Shown here: piece after piece, positions 13,093 through 25,316 of the stretch
Position numbering within the stretch: the stretch's first letter is position 1
How the letters are laid out: every line of letters begins with the position of its first letter
NCBI GenBank assembly: GCA_964016885.1
Contig: OZ024740.1
Span: 146,506,001-146,570,000 of the forward strand
DNA from: Eledone cirrhosa
Taxonomy: Eukaryota
DNA: 64,000 nucleotides
Reading direction: 5' to 3'
The notes under the pieces: model-generated
Databases searched by the model: none
Told to the model about the DNA's origin: nothing
The model's input: only the letters and a program-made list of their open reading frames with translations
Translations under genes and position numbers: made by a program

Positions 13093-13771
13093 GTGAGTCA
13101 AAAGAAAAACTATTTTGGCCATTGATAGTTAATACGAAACATGTCATACGAATTTTTTCTATAGATTTTACCCAGGTGTTTTTCTTCGTAAAATTGCATT
13201 TGCTTCTTATTAATAGTCAGTTCCGATGTATAGTTATAATTAATGTTTGGTTCATTACTTTCCTGAAAGTTTTTTTTTTGTAAACAACATACTTTTTATG
13301 ACTGATTGTCCACATAGTACGTGTTAATAATATAAAATAATTTTGTGATGTCTTTAATTTGCTAGTTCACATTTTATTTAGTTATAGAATCGAGGTCACT
13401 ACAAAATCGTATCTTTTTTAATACGTTCCATAAGATTTTCATGGATATTCCCCCTTTTTCTACCATTTATTTAAACCTAAATATATATGACATTTACAAG
13501 CACGGACTCATTAATGTAATAAGAATTAGTTTTCACTTAACCGTCTCTATTATTATTATACCGATTCTTATTATTTATCATCCTTTTTTTTTTACTTGCA
13601 TCAATTTTGCTCTTGAAAATATTTTTCAAGATTAAAAATATAAACTACAGTTTTTAAATAGTTTATAACTAACAGAAGGTTGTTCTGCTAATTGTACTTC
13701 CAATACTTTAAACAAAGAGATTTATGTTTAATGTAACTTTTGATTCTTGTAAAAACATTTAGCTAAGTATC

Positions 13772-13857
13772 GTAACATTTTATTACAGTACGACAGCAAA
13801 TGGTATTTTGTTACAGTAACATTTTATTACAGTACGACAGCAAATGGTATCTTGTTT
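13772..13857. repeat. 44-bp tandem duplication
   Basis: GTAACATTTTATTACAGTACGACAGCAAATGGTAT(T/C)TTGTT occurs twice. Confidence 0.85.
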
Positions 13858-13989
13858 ATATATCGAGACAGTACTTCACTAATTCTCTTACCTCATAAGT
13901 ATTTTATATATTACTTTACGTAGAGGTGCTTCTTCTTGGTCTTTTGACCTGCTAGAAATAGCAGCCCCAAATCACGCTTTACCGTCTAA

Positions 13990-14095
13990 AATAATTGTTT
14001 CTACTTTTGGCACAAGGCCAGCAATTATTACAGTGGATTACTAGTGTTTTATTTTATCGACCCCGTAAAGATGAAAGGCAAAGTTAATCTCGGCA
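13990..14095 (-). mobile_element. Nin/Deu-domain-type SINE, 5'-truncated
   Basis: ATAATTGTTTCTACTTTTGGCACAAGGCCAGCAATT..TTTTATCGACCCCG..GATGAAAGGCAAAG. Confidence 0.7.
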
Positions 14096-16987
14096 TGATG
14101 ATTATGGCTAAAATGCCCTTTAATCATAGGTCTTCTCGATTAGGATTAACCGAGGATTAAATGACAGCAACATTATGTTACTTTGATTAATTTCGAAGAC
14201 AGATTCATGTCCACATTGATTGCTTAAATAATTTTAGCTCTCGCAAGCCTTATATATTTATAGAGTACCTTATTTACTGTGGTTACACCCTACTCAACTC
14301 TGGACCTACTTATATAGCACCTTACGATGCTCCTATAATCATCGCCTAGAAATATATATTATAATTAATCTCTTTTAATCCATTAGTAATCATTAATAAC
14401 CAAATCACACAGTGTTTACCATATCTAAAATACTTTTTATTTCGAAAAGTAAACTATATTATATGGAAATTTGTTGTCATTGAATGCATCAACTCCATGT
14501 GTTCAAATGTTCGATTTGAGTTTTGTCTGTCTTAAGAAGTAAAACTTTAAAGTCTATTCTGGATGTATTTTTGTCTCAGGATATTGTTTAAATCTATATT
14601 TTCATTTATCAAAATCGACTAATACGTCAATTTAAAACATTTCATTGATATTTCCATTACGTCAGTTTTGATCACCCTTATCTCATCAAATTGCTAATGC
14701 TAATTTAAAGATTTGAGGGTATTGGTCACAAAGTTTTCATATCTCAATTGAAGTTTTACTATGAAACTTGATTAATAGACACAAACACCGAATTGAAGAT
14801 AGCGAGTTTGGCTTTTACATCTGATGCCGGAGCTGGCACATTACTTCACTAGCTCCTGCAATTCTTGGATTTAATTCAGTCCCCCTACCTTCCATCACTC
14901 GAGATACTTGAACTTCTATTGCTTCAGTGGAACTTCACTCACGTACACGATGAAGGAAATAATCGCTGGGCAGATAGATTTTACGGGTAAAATCAACCGG
15001 CAAGAGACCCAGAGGTAGACCACAAGATGACTGAATAACATAAATGAGCTCGATATCAATTTGAGACTGTTGCTTGTTGTAAAACCCCCTGGAAAGTATG
15101 TCTGAGGATTGCCATCACGACACTCCTGGGAATAAGTGGGCGAAGAAGAACTTGATTAGTAGTACTGGAAAGTTCAATAACATCAACGAAATGGGAATTC
15201 TCGGTATGTTTAAAAGTCACCAGGCTAAAATATGCACCAAATGTTACGACTGAATCATGTATTAGTTGATATTGTATTAATTATTAACATCTGAAGTATA
15301 CTAAAAAAGAATTCGGGGTTAAAGATTGTGGACTATGATAATTTATTGGAGACAATGGGTAAGGTCCTATAGTTGGTTATTAGGAGTAGGGCTAGTTGTA
15401 TACGGATTATCTTAGGAGGTTTATCTATCTCCCTTGACAAGTGTATTTGTCCAATTTAAGGGTATATAACAATATTTAGTGAATGGATTATTTTAAATGA
15501 ACTTTTAAAAGTTCCAGTGTGGCGAGATAATGTAGACAAATTGGATGTGTACAAGAGAGACAACTGTGCTATGAACATGGCAAATGCATGTAAAAGAGAA
15601 TGGTTGATGCATGCTATGAGCTAATATATCACTGATGATACACGAGACAGACAATGTTTTAGAAAACAATTTAATATCATGTATCCCTTCTTATGAAATG
15701 GTGCTACATCTCTTGTTTTTAGTTTCAGGATTGAAATTTAACGCTTATCTTATCTTTGTACGCTGTGGTTTTCCAAAATTATTTTTCATTACTGTCTATT
15801 ATTTCTTCTCATGACCTAAAACTAAGCTTATTCTGTATAAATAATCCCCAGTAATTGTTCCCCCTTTTTGATACGTTTTTTTGCACCCCAATTCGGCAAC
15901 CCCACTATCCTACATGTTAGTCTATTTCATAGATTCACATTTCATATTAAACAAATCATACTCATAATTTTTTATATATTCTGATCTGTAGTTATTCGTC
16001 GGAAAGTTTTTTAAAAATAGCCAGAATTTGACAAATGTTTTGCCAGCTAATACTGGTTCCACATAAATCAATGTTTCTAAGCTTAAACCTCTATTTTTTA
16101 GGTGTACAATAAAATAAAAAATAGCTGCTATTAATTTTGTAAAACGTATTTGTATAAAATACTTGTTAACCGAAGTAATACCAAGGGAGATAATTATACA
16201 ACTACGAATAAACTAACCAACATAGGGGCGTCCGCCTGGGTCGCTCTACTCGCGACAAATGTCAATAATTGTTTTTTCAAATCAGATACTGCTGCCAAAG
16301 GTAGAACATTAGACAAGGTATAAATATATATTAAAAAAACGGGATGATTAAGGTTGGAACGCCTTTGATCGTACGTCTACAACAACTAAGAGTGGTACAT
16401 TTATCAGGAATATTTGCAAAGAATATTCTATTTAAAGAATTAAAAAATATAATTGTTTCTACTTTTGGCACAAAGAATTAAAAAATATAATGTTAATTAT
16501 AAATGTTTATTAATTCAATAACACCCTTATATGACATTTTATTATGAAATTTATAATTATACTGAAATTGTCTAAATTACCATTTTTGGGATGATGTATC
16601 ACCTATAAAAATTCTATAAAATTTGCACTCCATATTACAATGAATTTGAGAAAAATAGGACTCTACCAGTAGTGGGAAACTTAATCAGATATTAAATTAT
16701 CAAAATATTTTATGCCAACACATCTCATACCCATGATCTTTTACAAATTGGAAATATTCACTAAACAGTTACATAAAGCATGTAAAAAAATGAGTATGAA
16801 ATTAAATTGTGAAGTACAAGATCTTGTTACCTAGACAGGAAATGATTGTATGAGCAAGACATTGTCACCTGACCTATCTAGCATTATAATGTGACAACTT
16901 TCCTAATGCTAACCACATTTGAGCATGTACTGGGAGCTTTTTTTCATGTCACCACCACTACCACTTTACAGGCTGGACTGAGTGCTT

Positions 16988-17901
16988 ATTAGCAGACTGG
17001 CTGATCAGTCAGATCTGCATATTAGCAGACTGGCTGATCAGTCAGATCTGCATATTAGCAGATCCACTGATCAACCAGATTTGCATATCAGCAGACTGGC
17101 CAGCGATAAATGACCGGCTTTGCCAAATTCAAATAAAAAAGAAAATTTAGCTCTACATGGCTGAATACAATAAATGTAATCTGAGTTTTTGAATATTAAT
17201 AATAGCATTTGATTCGTTTGCAATTATGCAAACAAGCTTCAATTTTATAGCCATGTCAGTAGAATGAACACTTCATTCTTGCTCTTGTGTTGGCATGGGA
17301 ACAGATGTTTCTGGACACTAATGTTTTGAAAATAGCATATATTTTCACTAGCTCTGACAGTTGGCAGGTGAACAGTGAGCTGTACTGATGAAGGGTGATT
17401 CCCAGAAACATTAGTGTCTGCAGTTCTGTTCACATGCCAACACAAGAGCAAGAATGAAGTATTCATTCTACTGACACGGCTATATTCAAATAAAAAAGAA
17501 AATTTTCTTTTTATTTGAATTTGGCAAAGCCGGCCATTTATTGCTCGTATACAGGAAACTGACTGGCCAGTCTGCTGATATGCAAATCTGGCTGATCAGT
17601 GGATCTGCTAATATGCAGATCTGACTGATCAGCCAGTCTGCTAATATGTAAATCAGGCCGATCAGTCACTGTGTATTTTTGAAAATAGCATATATTTCAC
17701 TAGCTCTGACAGTTTGGTAGGTGAACAGTGAGCTGTACTGATGAAGGGTGATACCCAGAAACATTAGTGTCTGCAGTTCTGTTCACATGCCAACACAAGA
17801 GCAAGAATGAAGGGTTCATTCTACTGACATGGCTATAAAATTTGTTTGCATAATTGCAAACGAATTGAATGTTATTATTAATATTCGAAAAACTCAGATT
17901 A
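16988..17901. repeat. Nested inverted/direct repeat complex with 33-bp tandem units
   Basis: 16988-17147 inverted at about 17500-17647; 17178-17325 inverted at 17404-17484 and 17758-17901; 17324-17484 directly repeated at about 17677-17836. Confidence 0.9.
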
Positions 17902-17914
17902 TATATATATATCT

Positions 17915-18510
17915 ATATAGTGTAGTTTGTGACATATCATTCTGTGGTTGACCTTGTCAAAGGCCTTCGCAAAGTCAAGATATATCACGACCACATGTGA
18001 GCTGTCTAGCAGTTGTTTCAGTACCCAGTCATGTAGCAGCTGTGTAAGGCAGCTTCTTCCTGGGCGAAAGCCATGCTGCGTGCTAGTCAGGTGGTCATTT
18101 TCCTCGAGGAAAGTGATCAGTTTTTTTCTGATGATTTGCTCCATGACTTTACTGATATGCGACGTCAGGGAGACTGGCCTATAGTTTTTGGCCTCCGCTC
18201 TGCTACCTCCTTTATGGATAGGGCATATTGTGCCTTCTTTCAGCTCCCTGGGTAGTCTACCGCTAGCCAAGGAGCTTCTGAAGAGCGTCGTCAGTGGAGT
18301 TGTTAAGGCCCGCTTACATGTTTTTAAGAGGACTGCTGGGAATCCATCATGGTCCAGCAGCTGAGTCTGTTCTAATTTCATCTATGGCGTATACCACTTC
18401 CTCCTCCGTTATGTCTATGTGGTTGATAGTCGCCATTTCTTCATGGAGTGTTGTGGCATCAAAGAAATCCTCTGGCTTTGTTATTTGCATGTGCCTCAGT
18501 GGACATGTGA
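17915..18510 (-). mobile_element. CR1-clade RT internal fragment (different family from 531-2538)
   Basis: PIHKGGSRAEAKNYRPVSLTSH, QHGFRPGRSCLTQLL, VIYLDFAKAFDKV; bounded by TA tracts. Confidence 0.88.
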
Positions 18511-18522
18511 ACACACTTTCTC

Positions 18523-18572
18523 TATATATATATGTATCTATCTATATATATATATATATATATATATATCTA

Positions 18573-18603
<31 letters not shown>

Positions 18604-18646
18604 CTATCTATCTATGTATGTATGTATGTATCTATCTATCTATCTA

Positions 18647-18692
<46 letters not shown>
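18523..18692. repeat. (TA)n/(TCTA)n/(TATG)n compound microsatellite
   Basis: Seen directly. Confidence 0.9.
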
Positions 18693-18694
<2 letters not shown>

Positions 18695-18695
<1 letters not shown>

Positions 18696-19001
18696 GAGGC
18701 ACATGGCTTAGTGGTTAGAGCATTGGCCTTGCAATCGAAATGTTGTGAGTTCAATTCTCAGACCGGGTGATGTGTTGTTTCCTTGAGCAAGACACTTTAT
18801 TTCACATTGCTCCAGTTTACTCAGTTGTAGAAATGCAAAGTGGTCGTGGAGGTGCCACGGCAAAAAAGCACCCAGCACTCACTGTAAATGAGGTTGGTGT
18901 TAGGAAGGGCATCCAGCTGTAGAAATCAAGCCAGAATCAGTTCCCGTCCCACCCTTGCAAGCAGGGAAAAAGCGGACGTAAAATGAAATGATGATGATGA
19001 T
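18695..19001 (+). mobile_element. tRNA-head/CORE-type SINE with RTE-derived tail
   Basis: A box TGGCTTAGTGG, B box GAGTTCAATTC, CORE-like CCTTGAGCAAGACACT, RTE 3' end and (GAT)n. Confidence 0.75.
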
Positions 19002-19007
19002 ATATAT

Positions 19008-22000
19008 ATGCACAACAACAACTGCGTAAACAGCAATAACACTAACCATGTTAGGGCTGCACACGGTAGTGCTGTGGCTAGTGAGGCCATGTGTGAGAAC
19101 CCCACGACCGTCATTAAGCAATCGCACAACAGGAAGAAGAATGAGACGTCACATCTCAGAGTTGCCACACTTAATGTTGGCACTCTAACAGGTAGATCTG
19201 GTGAGATAGCGGAGATGCTGGAGAGAAGGCATGTGGATGTGTGCTGTGTGCAAGAGAGTCTTGCCTCTGCAAGACTAATCGCAGGCAAACATCGTAGTTA
19301 TAAGCTTTTCTGGGTGGGTAATGATGATGGGTTAGGTGGCGTGGGCATATTACTGGCTGAGAGATGGATCAATAAGACAATAGAGGTAGTTAGTAATAGA
19401 ATAATTAAGCTTAGATTAGCTATAGGCAAGAGACTAATGACAATCATCTCTGCCTATGATCCCCAGGCAGGCTTATGTAAAGAAGAGAAAGACTGCTTTT
19501 ACGAGCAACTTTTACAAACAGCCTTAATGACAGAGGACAGAGACATCGTTATGCTAGCAGGGGACTTCAATGGTCATGTTGGACAACTCCAAGATAGATA
19601 CACTGGGGTACATGGTTGGCACGGTTATGGCTCAAGAAATGAAGAAGGAGTGAGCCTTCTTGAATTTTGTGATGCAAGTGTACTAACCATTTGCAACACT
19701 AACTTCTAGAAGTCTACTAACCACCTAATAACCTACAAATCAGGCGAGCACATAAGCCAGATTGACTTCCTGCTAGTTAGACAGCGAGACAGACAGATGG
19801 TGTCAAATACCAAGGCATACCCCGGGGAAGAATGTACCCCACAGCATAGGTTAGTCGTTAGTGATATCTCAGTAAGCAAGAGAAAGAATGAGACATAGAG
19901 GAAGGTGTGGAAAAGAAAGGTCTAGAAGCTAAAAGACCTTTCATTAAAATATAAATTTAGCAAAGCCCTTCAAAATGTGTATGACAAAAAAGAAGACGAT
20001 TTAGAGTTGTATGACGTAGATGATAACTGGAATTTCTTGCGTGACAACTTACTGCAGGCTACTGAAGAAACTTGTGGTTGGGGCAGTGCTTCAACCAGGC
20101 AGAGAGTAACCTGGTGGTGGAACAGCACAGCAGATAGGGCCATTAGAGACAAAAGACTGGCATGGAAGGCTTGGAAAAATGGTGGGAGTAGAGAAGGATA
20201 CACAGCTGCTAAGAGAGGAGCTAAACATCAGGTGTACTTAGCATGCAGGGAGGCTGAGAGTAGGAGGTTTGCCAATGTTCTGCAACGGGAAGATCAGAGA
20301 CGTGTGGTGTTCCGCATTGCAAGACAGTGTGTCAGTGCAAATCAAGATGTTGTTGGAGATAAGTGTGTCCGATATGATGCTGGTGTACTTAGTGTCAGGA
20401 ATGATAAAAAAAAGGAGGCCTGGAAATGTCATTATGAGACACTGATGAATGTGGAGAACGAATGGGAGAGAGAAAAATTATGCCCAGTAGACCCAACAGA
20501 GGGACCAGCTATTGAGATTGACGAATATGGGGTACAAGACGCAATTAAGGAAATGAAGAATGGTAAGGCTGCTGGACCGTCGGAGATAGTTGCTGAGATG
20601 CTGAAGGCATCAGAAGTAGGCACTAAACTGATTGCACGCATCATCAATCAAGCTGTATATGGTGGTGTCATACCGAAAGACTGGTGCAGCATTATTCTCA
20701 TAAATTGTTACAAAGGTAAAGGGGATGCTCTGGAGAGGAGCAATTATAGGGGCATAAAGCTGATGGATCAGGTTATGAAAGTGGCAGAGAGAATATTAGC
20801 GCAACTGATTAGAGAAAGGGTCAAATTAGATGAGATGTATTTTGGTTTTGTGCCTCGGAAAAGTACAACAGATGCCCTCTTCTTAGTGAGGCAACTACAA
20901 GAGAGGTTCTTAGAGAAGAATAAGCCACTATACTTAGCTTTTGTTGACCTAGAGAAGGCCTTTGTGGTCCCTAAGGAAACTAGGTGTGGAGAAATGGCTT
21001 GTGAGGACAGCACAGGCTATGTACAGGGGTGCTGTCAGTAAAGTGAGAGTAGGAATGGAGTTTAGTGAGGATTTCCAGATACAAGTAGGTGTACATCAGG
21101 GTTCGGTCCTCAGCCCGCTCTTGTTCATTATAGTCCTCCAAGCCATAACAGAGGAGTTTAAGACCATGGGAACTTCTCTATGCTGATGATCTGGTTCTTA
21201 TGGCAGAATCAGTAGAGGAGCTAGAGAATAAATTCTGGCTATGGAAAGAGCAGTTGGAATCAAGAGGACTGAGAGTGAACCTAGCTAAGACAAAAGTGTT
21301 GATAAGTAGAAGAGAGGACAATACTCTGATTCCATCAGGGAAATGGCCATGTTCGATATGTAGGAAAGGAACTGGCATAAATTCCATAAAATGTACGCAA
21401 TGCAGATCTGGGGTACACAAGAGATGTAGTGGGATAGAAGGCAAATTAACAGGTCGGGAAAACTATGTATGCAGTAGATGTACAGGGAAAGTTGGCAGTA
21501 GTAATCGCAGTGATAGACACATTTTTCTAATGCAGGTGGGTTCTATAGAAGTGGTTGATAGCTTCCGGTACTTAGGTGATCAGATTAGCATGGGAGGGGT
21601 GTGTTCCAATGCCATAGTATCTAGAATAAGGACAGGTTGGAAGAAGTTTAGGGAGCTGCTTCCTCTGTTGACAAAGAAGGGTTTCTCCCTGCATACGAAA
21701 GGCCGGTTATATGATGCCTGTGTGAGATGCGCGATGCTGCATGGTAGTGAGACATGAGCAGCAACTGCAGAGGATATACGACGGCTGGAGAGAAATGAAG
21801 CAAGCATGCTCCGTTGGATGTGCAATGTCAATGTGTGTGAACGACCAAATATAGATGAGTTGAGAAAGCAATTGGGTATAAGAGGGATAAGTTGTGTGCA
21901 GGATAGAAGACTGAGATGGTATGGTCATGTGATGCGCATGGAGGATGACCGCTGGGTAAAGTAGTGCCAGGAAATCCCAGTAGAAGGAAGACGCAGTGGA

Positions 22001-22173
22001 GGTAGACCAGGAAAAACATGGGCTGAGGTGGTGAGAGCAGACCTCATATCGCTGAAACTCACGGAGGAGATGACGAAGGACCGTGACAAGTAGAGAGATG
22101 CTGTGCTGAATAGGACCCGTCCAACCCTTGCAAGCAGGGAGAAGCGGACGTAAAATGATGATGATGATGATGA
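19008..22173 (+). mobile_element. Near-full-length RTE LINE (APE endonuclease + RT + PHD-like finger), inactivated
   Basis: RVATLNVGTL, CCVQE, AGDFNGHVG, QIDF (EN); NYRGIKL, AFVDLEKAF, YADD (RT); several stops and frameshifts; (GAT)n tail. Confidence 0.95.
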
Positions 22174-22479
22174 TTAATAAAGCTGACGGCCGTATGTATG
22201 TATCTATGTATGTAACAAACATTTGGCCAAACGGCTGGACCAAACGGCACCAAATTTGCACCATAGATGTAACTTTTTCCAAGGAAGAAAGTGAGGAGTA
22301 CATTAGTGGTACTTAATTATATATAATATATATTATATGACATTCCTCTCTCTTTCTTACTATGTCTTTTTAGATAGATACATAGCTATAACGTTGCGCA
22401 CTTATAATATCTGTCTGTATGTCTGCCTGTCTGCATTGACTTCGCTTCTAACCAACTTTTAATTAATTATATATATATA

Positions 22480-25316
22480 TATAGATCCGGGGAACACACA
22501 AGCCAGGTAGATTATATCCTTACCAGAAGACGTGACAGAGTGTCTGTTGTTAACACTAAATCCCTCCCCCATGAAGAATGCACCTCCCAACATAGACTGA
22601 TAATTAGCGACCTCATAGTCAGGACGAGACGTACTCGACAACAGAAGAGGACTATCCTCAGGAGGAAAATATGGAAGTTAAAGGACCCCACAGCCAGGAA
22701 TAAATTTCAAAGCATATTACTTGATGCTTTCGACAGTAAGGAAGAACATTTAGAGTCGGACAATATAGAGGGAGAGTGGGAATTTCTGAAAGCAAACCTG
22801 CTGTTGGCGACAGACGAGGTCTGTGGCTGGAGCAGGCCTGTAGGCAGGAGGAGAGTAACATGGTGGTGGAACAGTAAGGTGGAGGGGTCAATTAAGGCCA
22901 AAAAGCAGGCTTGGAAAGTATGGCGGGATGGGGGAAGTAGAGAGGACTATCAAGTGGCCAGGAGGGAAGCTAGGAGACAAGTGTACTTAGCAAGAAGGGA
23001 AGCTGAGGAAAGAAAGTTCAAGCATGTTCTACAACGCGATGACCAAAAACGTGAGGTGTTCAGGATTGCTAGGCAATGCGTCAAGGAAAACCGTGATATT
23101 GTCGGGGAGAAGTGTGTACTAAACGACGATGGCACACTTGCCATCACCGACGCTGATAAGAAGGTAGCTTGGAAGTGTCACTATGAAAGGCTTCTAAATG
23201 AGGAGAATAATTGGGAGAAAGGCAGTCTCCCCCATATCGACCCAATAGAGGGACCAGCAGTGTTAGTCGAGGGGAGTATAATAAGTAAGGCAATCAAGGA
23301 TATGAAGACTGGTAAGGCGGCTGGGCCTTCGGAAATAGTTGCTGAGATGCTGAAGGCATCTGGCACGGTGGGACACACCATGGTCACCCGCATAGTTAAC
23401 CAAGTCGTACAAAACGGGGTTGTTCCGAAGGACTGGCATAGCAGCATCATCGTTAACTGTTATAAGGGTAAAGGAGACGCCCTAGATAGGAGTAACTATA
23501 GAGGCATTAAATTAATCGACCAGGTCATGAAGGTCACGGAAAGAGTAATAGCGCAGCTAATCAGAGAGAGAATTGACCTAGATGAAATGCAGTTCGGGTT
23601 TGTGTCAGGCAAAAGTACCACAGACGCTCTTTTCATAGTACGACAACTACAAGAGAAGTACCTAGCTAAAGGTAAACCCCTCTACTTAGCTTTTGTCGAC
23701 TTGGAGAAAGCCTTCGACAGAGTCCCCCGCTCCATTATCTGGTGGGCTCTTAGAAAACTAGGCGTTGACGAATGGCTTGTGAGGGCTATACAAGCCATGT
23801 ATAAAGAAACAGTCAGCAAGGTTAGAATTAACAACGAATATAGTGAAGAGTTTAGCGTAAAAGTCGGCGTCCATCAGGGCTCTGTTCTCAGTCCACTACT
23901 ATTTATTATTGCCCTTCAGGCCATAACAGAGGAGTTCAAGACAGGCTGCCCATGGGAACTCCTATACGCAGACGACCTGACACTCATAGCGGAATCAATG
24001 GCCGAGCTAGAGAAGAAATTCCAAACATGGAAGCACGGCCTAGAGTCAAAAGGACTTAAAATTAACCTGGCTAAGACCAAAGTACTAGTTTGTAGGAAAG
24101 AAAACAAGGCGGCGGTCCCTTCTGGGAAATGGTCGTGCTCGGTGTGTAGGAAAGGCGTAGGTAGAAACTCCATTTTATGTCCTAAATGCAAAGTATGGGT
24201 GCATAAAAGATGTAGTGGGATCACAGGTAGGCTAACTAAGAACATAGATTTTACATGTGGCCGGTGCTCTGGTGCAATAAGTAGCAGCAAGTGCCCACAA
24301 ACTACTAGCTCTTTCAATTGCGCAGAGGGTTCTATAGAAATAGTGGACAGCTTCCGTTACCTGGGCGATAAAATCAGCAGTGGGGGAGGGTGCTCTGAAA
24401 GTACTGTAGCTAGAGTCAGAACTGGTTGGAAAAAGTTCAGAGAGCTTATACCACTATTAGCTGCTAAAGGGTTCTCACTAAAAATGAAAGGCAGGTTGTA
24501 CGATGCCTGCATACGAACAGCAATGCTGCATGGCAGTGAGACCTGGGCATTGTGTGCAGAGGATATACGCAGACTAGAGAGGAACGAAGCTTGCATGCTC
24601 CGCTGGATGTGTAACAGTAATATACGTGAACGGCAAAGCATAAACGAACTAAGGAATAAATTAGAGATAAGAGGGATCAGATGTTGTTTACTCGAGAGAA
24701 GGCTACGTTGGTATGGACACGTGATGCGCATGAAAGTCGATAGCTGTATAACAAAGTGCAGGGCAATAAAGATAGACGGTAGTCACGGAATAGGCAGACC
24801 TAGAAAAACCTGGGACGAGCTGATAAACTCCGACATCACACACTTACACCTCTCCAAGACAATGTCACTGGACCGAGACCTTTGGCGGTACTCAGTAACA
24901 GAGAAGACCCGCCTTACCTAAATATATAGTAAAACCTACTCCAGCCAGTAGGCATCTCTAACAAATACACCCCGTCCCACCACCCCCACCCGATCCACAC
25001 CACCCCGTTCTATGTAAAGTTATGTTGGTGCCGCGCCATCGAGGCCGAAACAAATGAGATCGTGTAGGTGTCACGACAAAAAAACACACAGTCCACGCTG
25101 TAATGTGGCCGTGTAGGCAACACGGTAAAAACCTCCCAGACCCACACTGTAAATGTGGTTGGTGTTAGGAAGGGCATCCAACTGTAGAAAACCTGCCAGA
25201 CAGTCCTATGCGAGCAAGACAATCACTCTTGCCTCAAGTGGGACTACCCCCGTCCAAACCCATGCAAGCGTGGAACACGGACGTTAAACGCTGATGATGA
25301 TGATGATGATGATGAT
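22480..25316 (+). mobile_element. Young 5'-truncated RTE LINE
   Basis: Begins in the EN C-terminus (YRSGEHTSQVDYIL); uninterrupted frame to 24921; about 370-bp 3'UTR; (GAT)n tail. Confidence 0.96.
22540..24921 (+). CDS. RTE ORF2 fragment: linker, reverse transcriptase, PHD-like C4HC3 finger, C-terminus (endonuclease mostly missing)
   Basis: 793-aa ORF; QFGF..GKSTTDA, FVDLEKAFDRV, GVHQGSVLSP, LLYADD; CSVC..CPKC..HKRC..CGRC. Confidence 0.9.
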   Translation: MSVVNTKSLPHEECTSQHRLIISDLIVRTRRTRQQKRTILRRKIWKLKDPTARNKFQSILLDAFDSKEEHLESDNIEGEWEFLKANLLLATDEVCGWSRPVGRRRVTWWWNSKVEGSIKAKKQAWKVWRDGGSREDYQVARREARRQVYLARREAEERKFKHVLQRDDQKREVFRIARQCVKENRDIVGEKCVLNDDGTLAITDADKKVAWKCHYERLLNEENNWEKGSLPHIDPIEGPAVLVEGSIISKAIKDMKTGKAAGPSEIVAEMLKASGTVGHTMVTRIVNQVVQNGVVPKDWHSSIIVNCYKGKGDALDRSNYRGIKLIDQVMKVTERVIAQLIRERIDLDEMQFGFVSGKSTTDALFIVRQLQEKYLAKGKPLYLAFVDLEKAFDRVPRSIIWWALRKLGVDEWLVRAIQAMYKETVSKVRINNEYSEEFSVKVGVHQGSVLSPLLFIIALQAITEEFKTGCPWELLYADDLTLIAESMAELEKKFQTWKHGLESKGLKINLAKTKVLVCRKENKAAVPSGKWSCSVCRKGVGRNSILCPKCKVWVHKRCSGITGRLTKNIDFTCGRCSGAISSSKCPQTTSSFNCAEGSIEIVDSFRYLGDKISSGGGCSESTVARVRTGWKKFRELIPLLAAKGFSLKMKGRLYDACIRTAMLHGSETWALCAEDIRRLERNEACMLRWMCNSNIRERQSINELRNKLEIRGIRCCLLERRLRWYGHVMRMKVDSCITKCRAIKIDGSHGIGRPRKTWDELINSDITHLHLSKTMSLDRDLWRYSVTEKTRLT

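Noticed and set aside
14700-15700. Moderately GC-richer stretch that might be an exon or old element
   Set aside because: No ORF of 60 aa or more and no recognisable motif or termini
18695-18770. tRNA gene
   Set aside because: A and B boxes present but no convincing cloverleaf, and it continues into SINE core and tail
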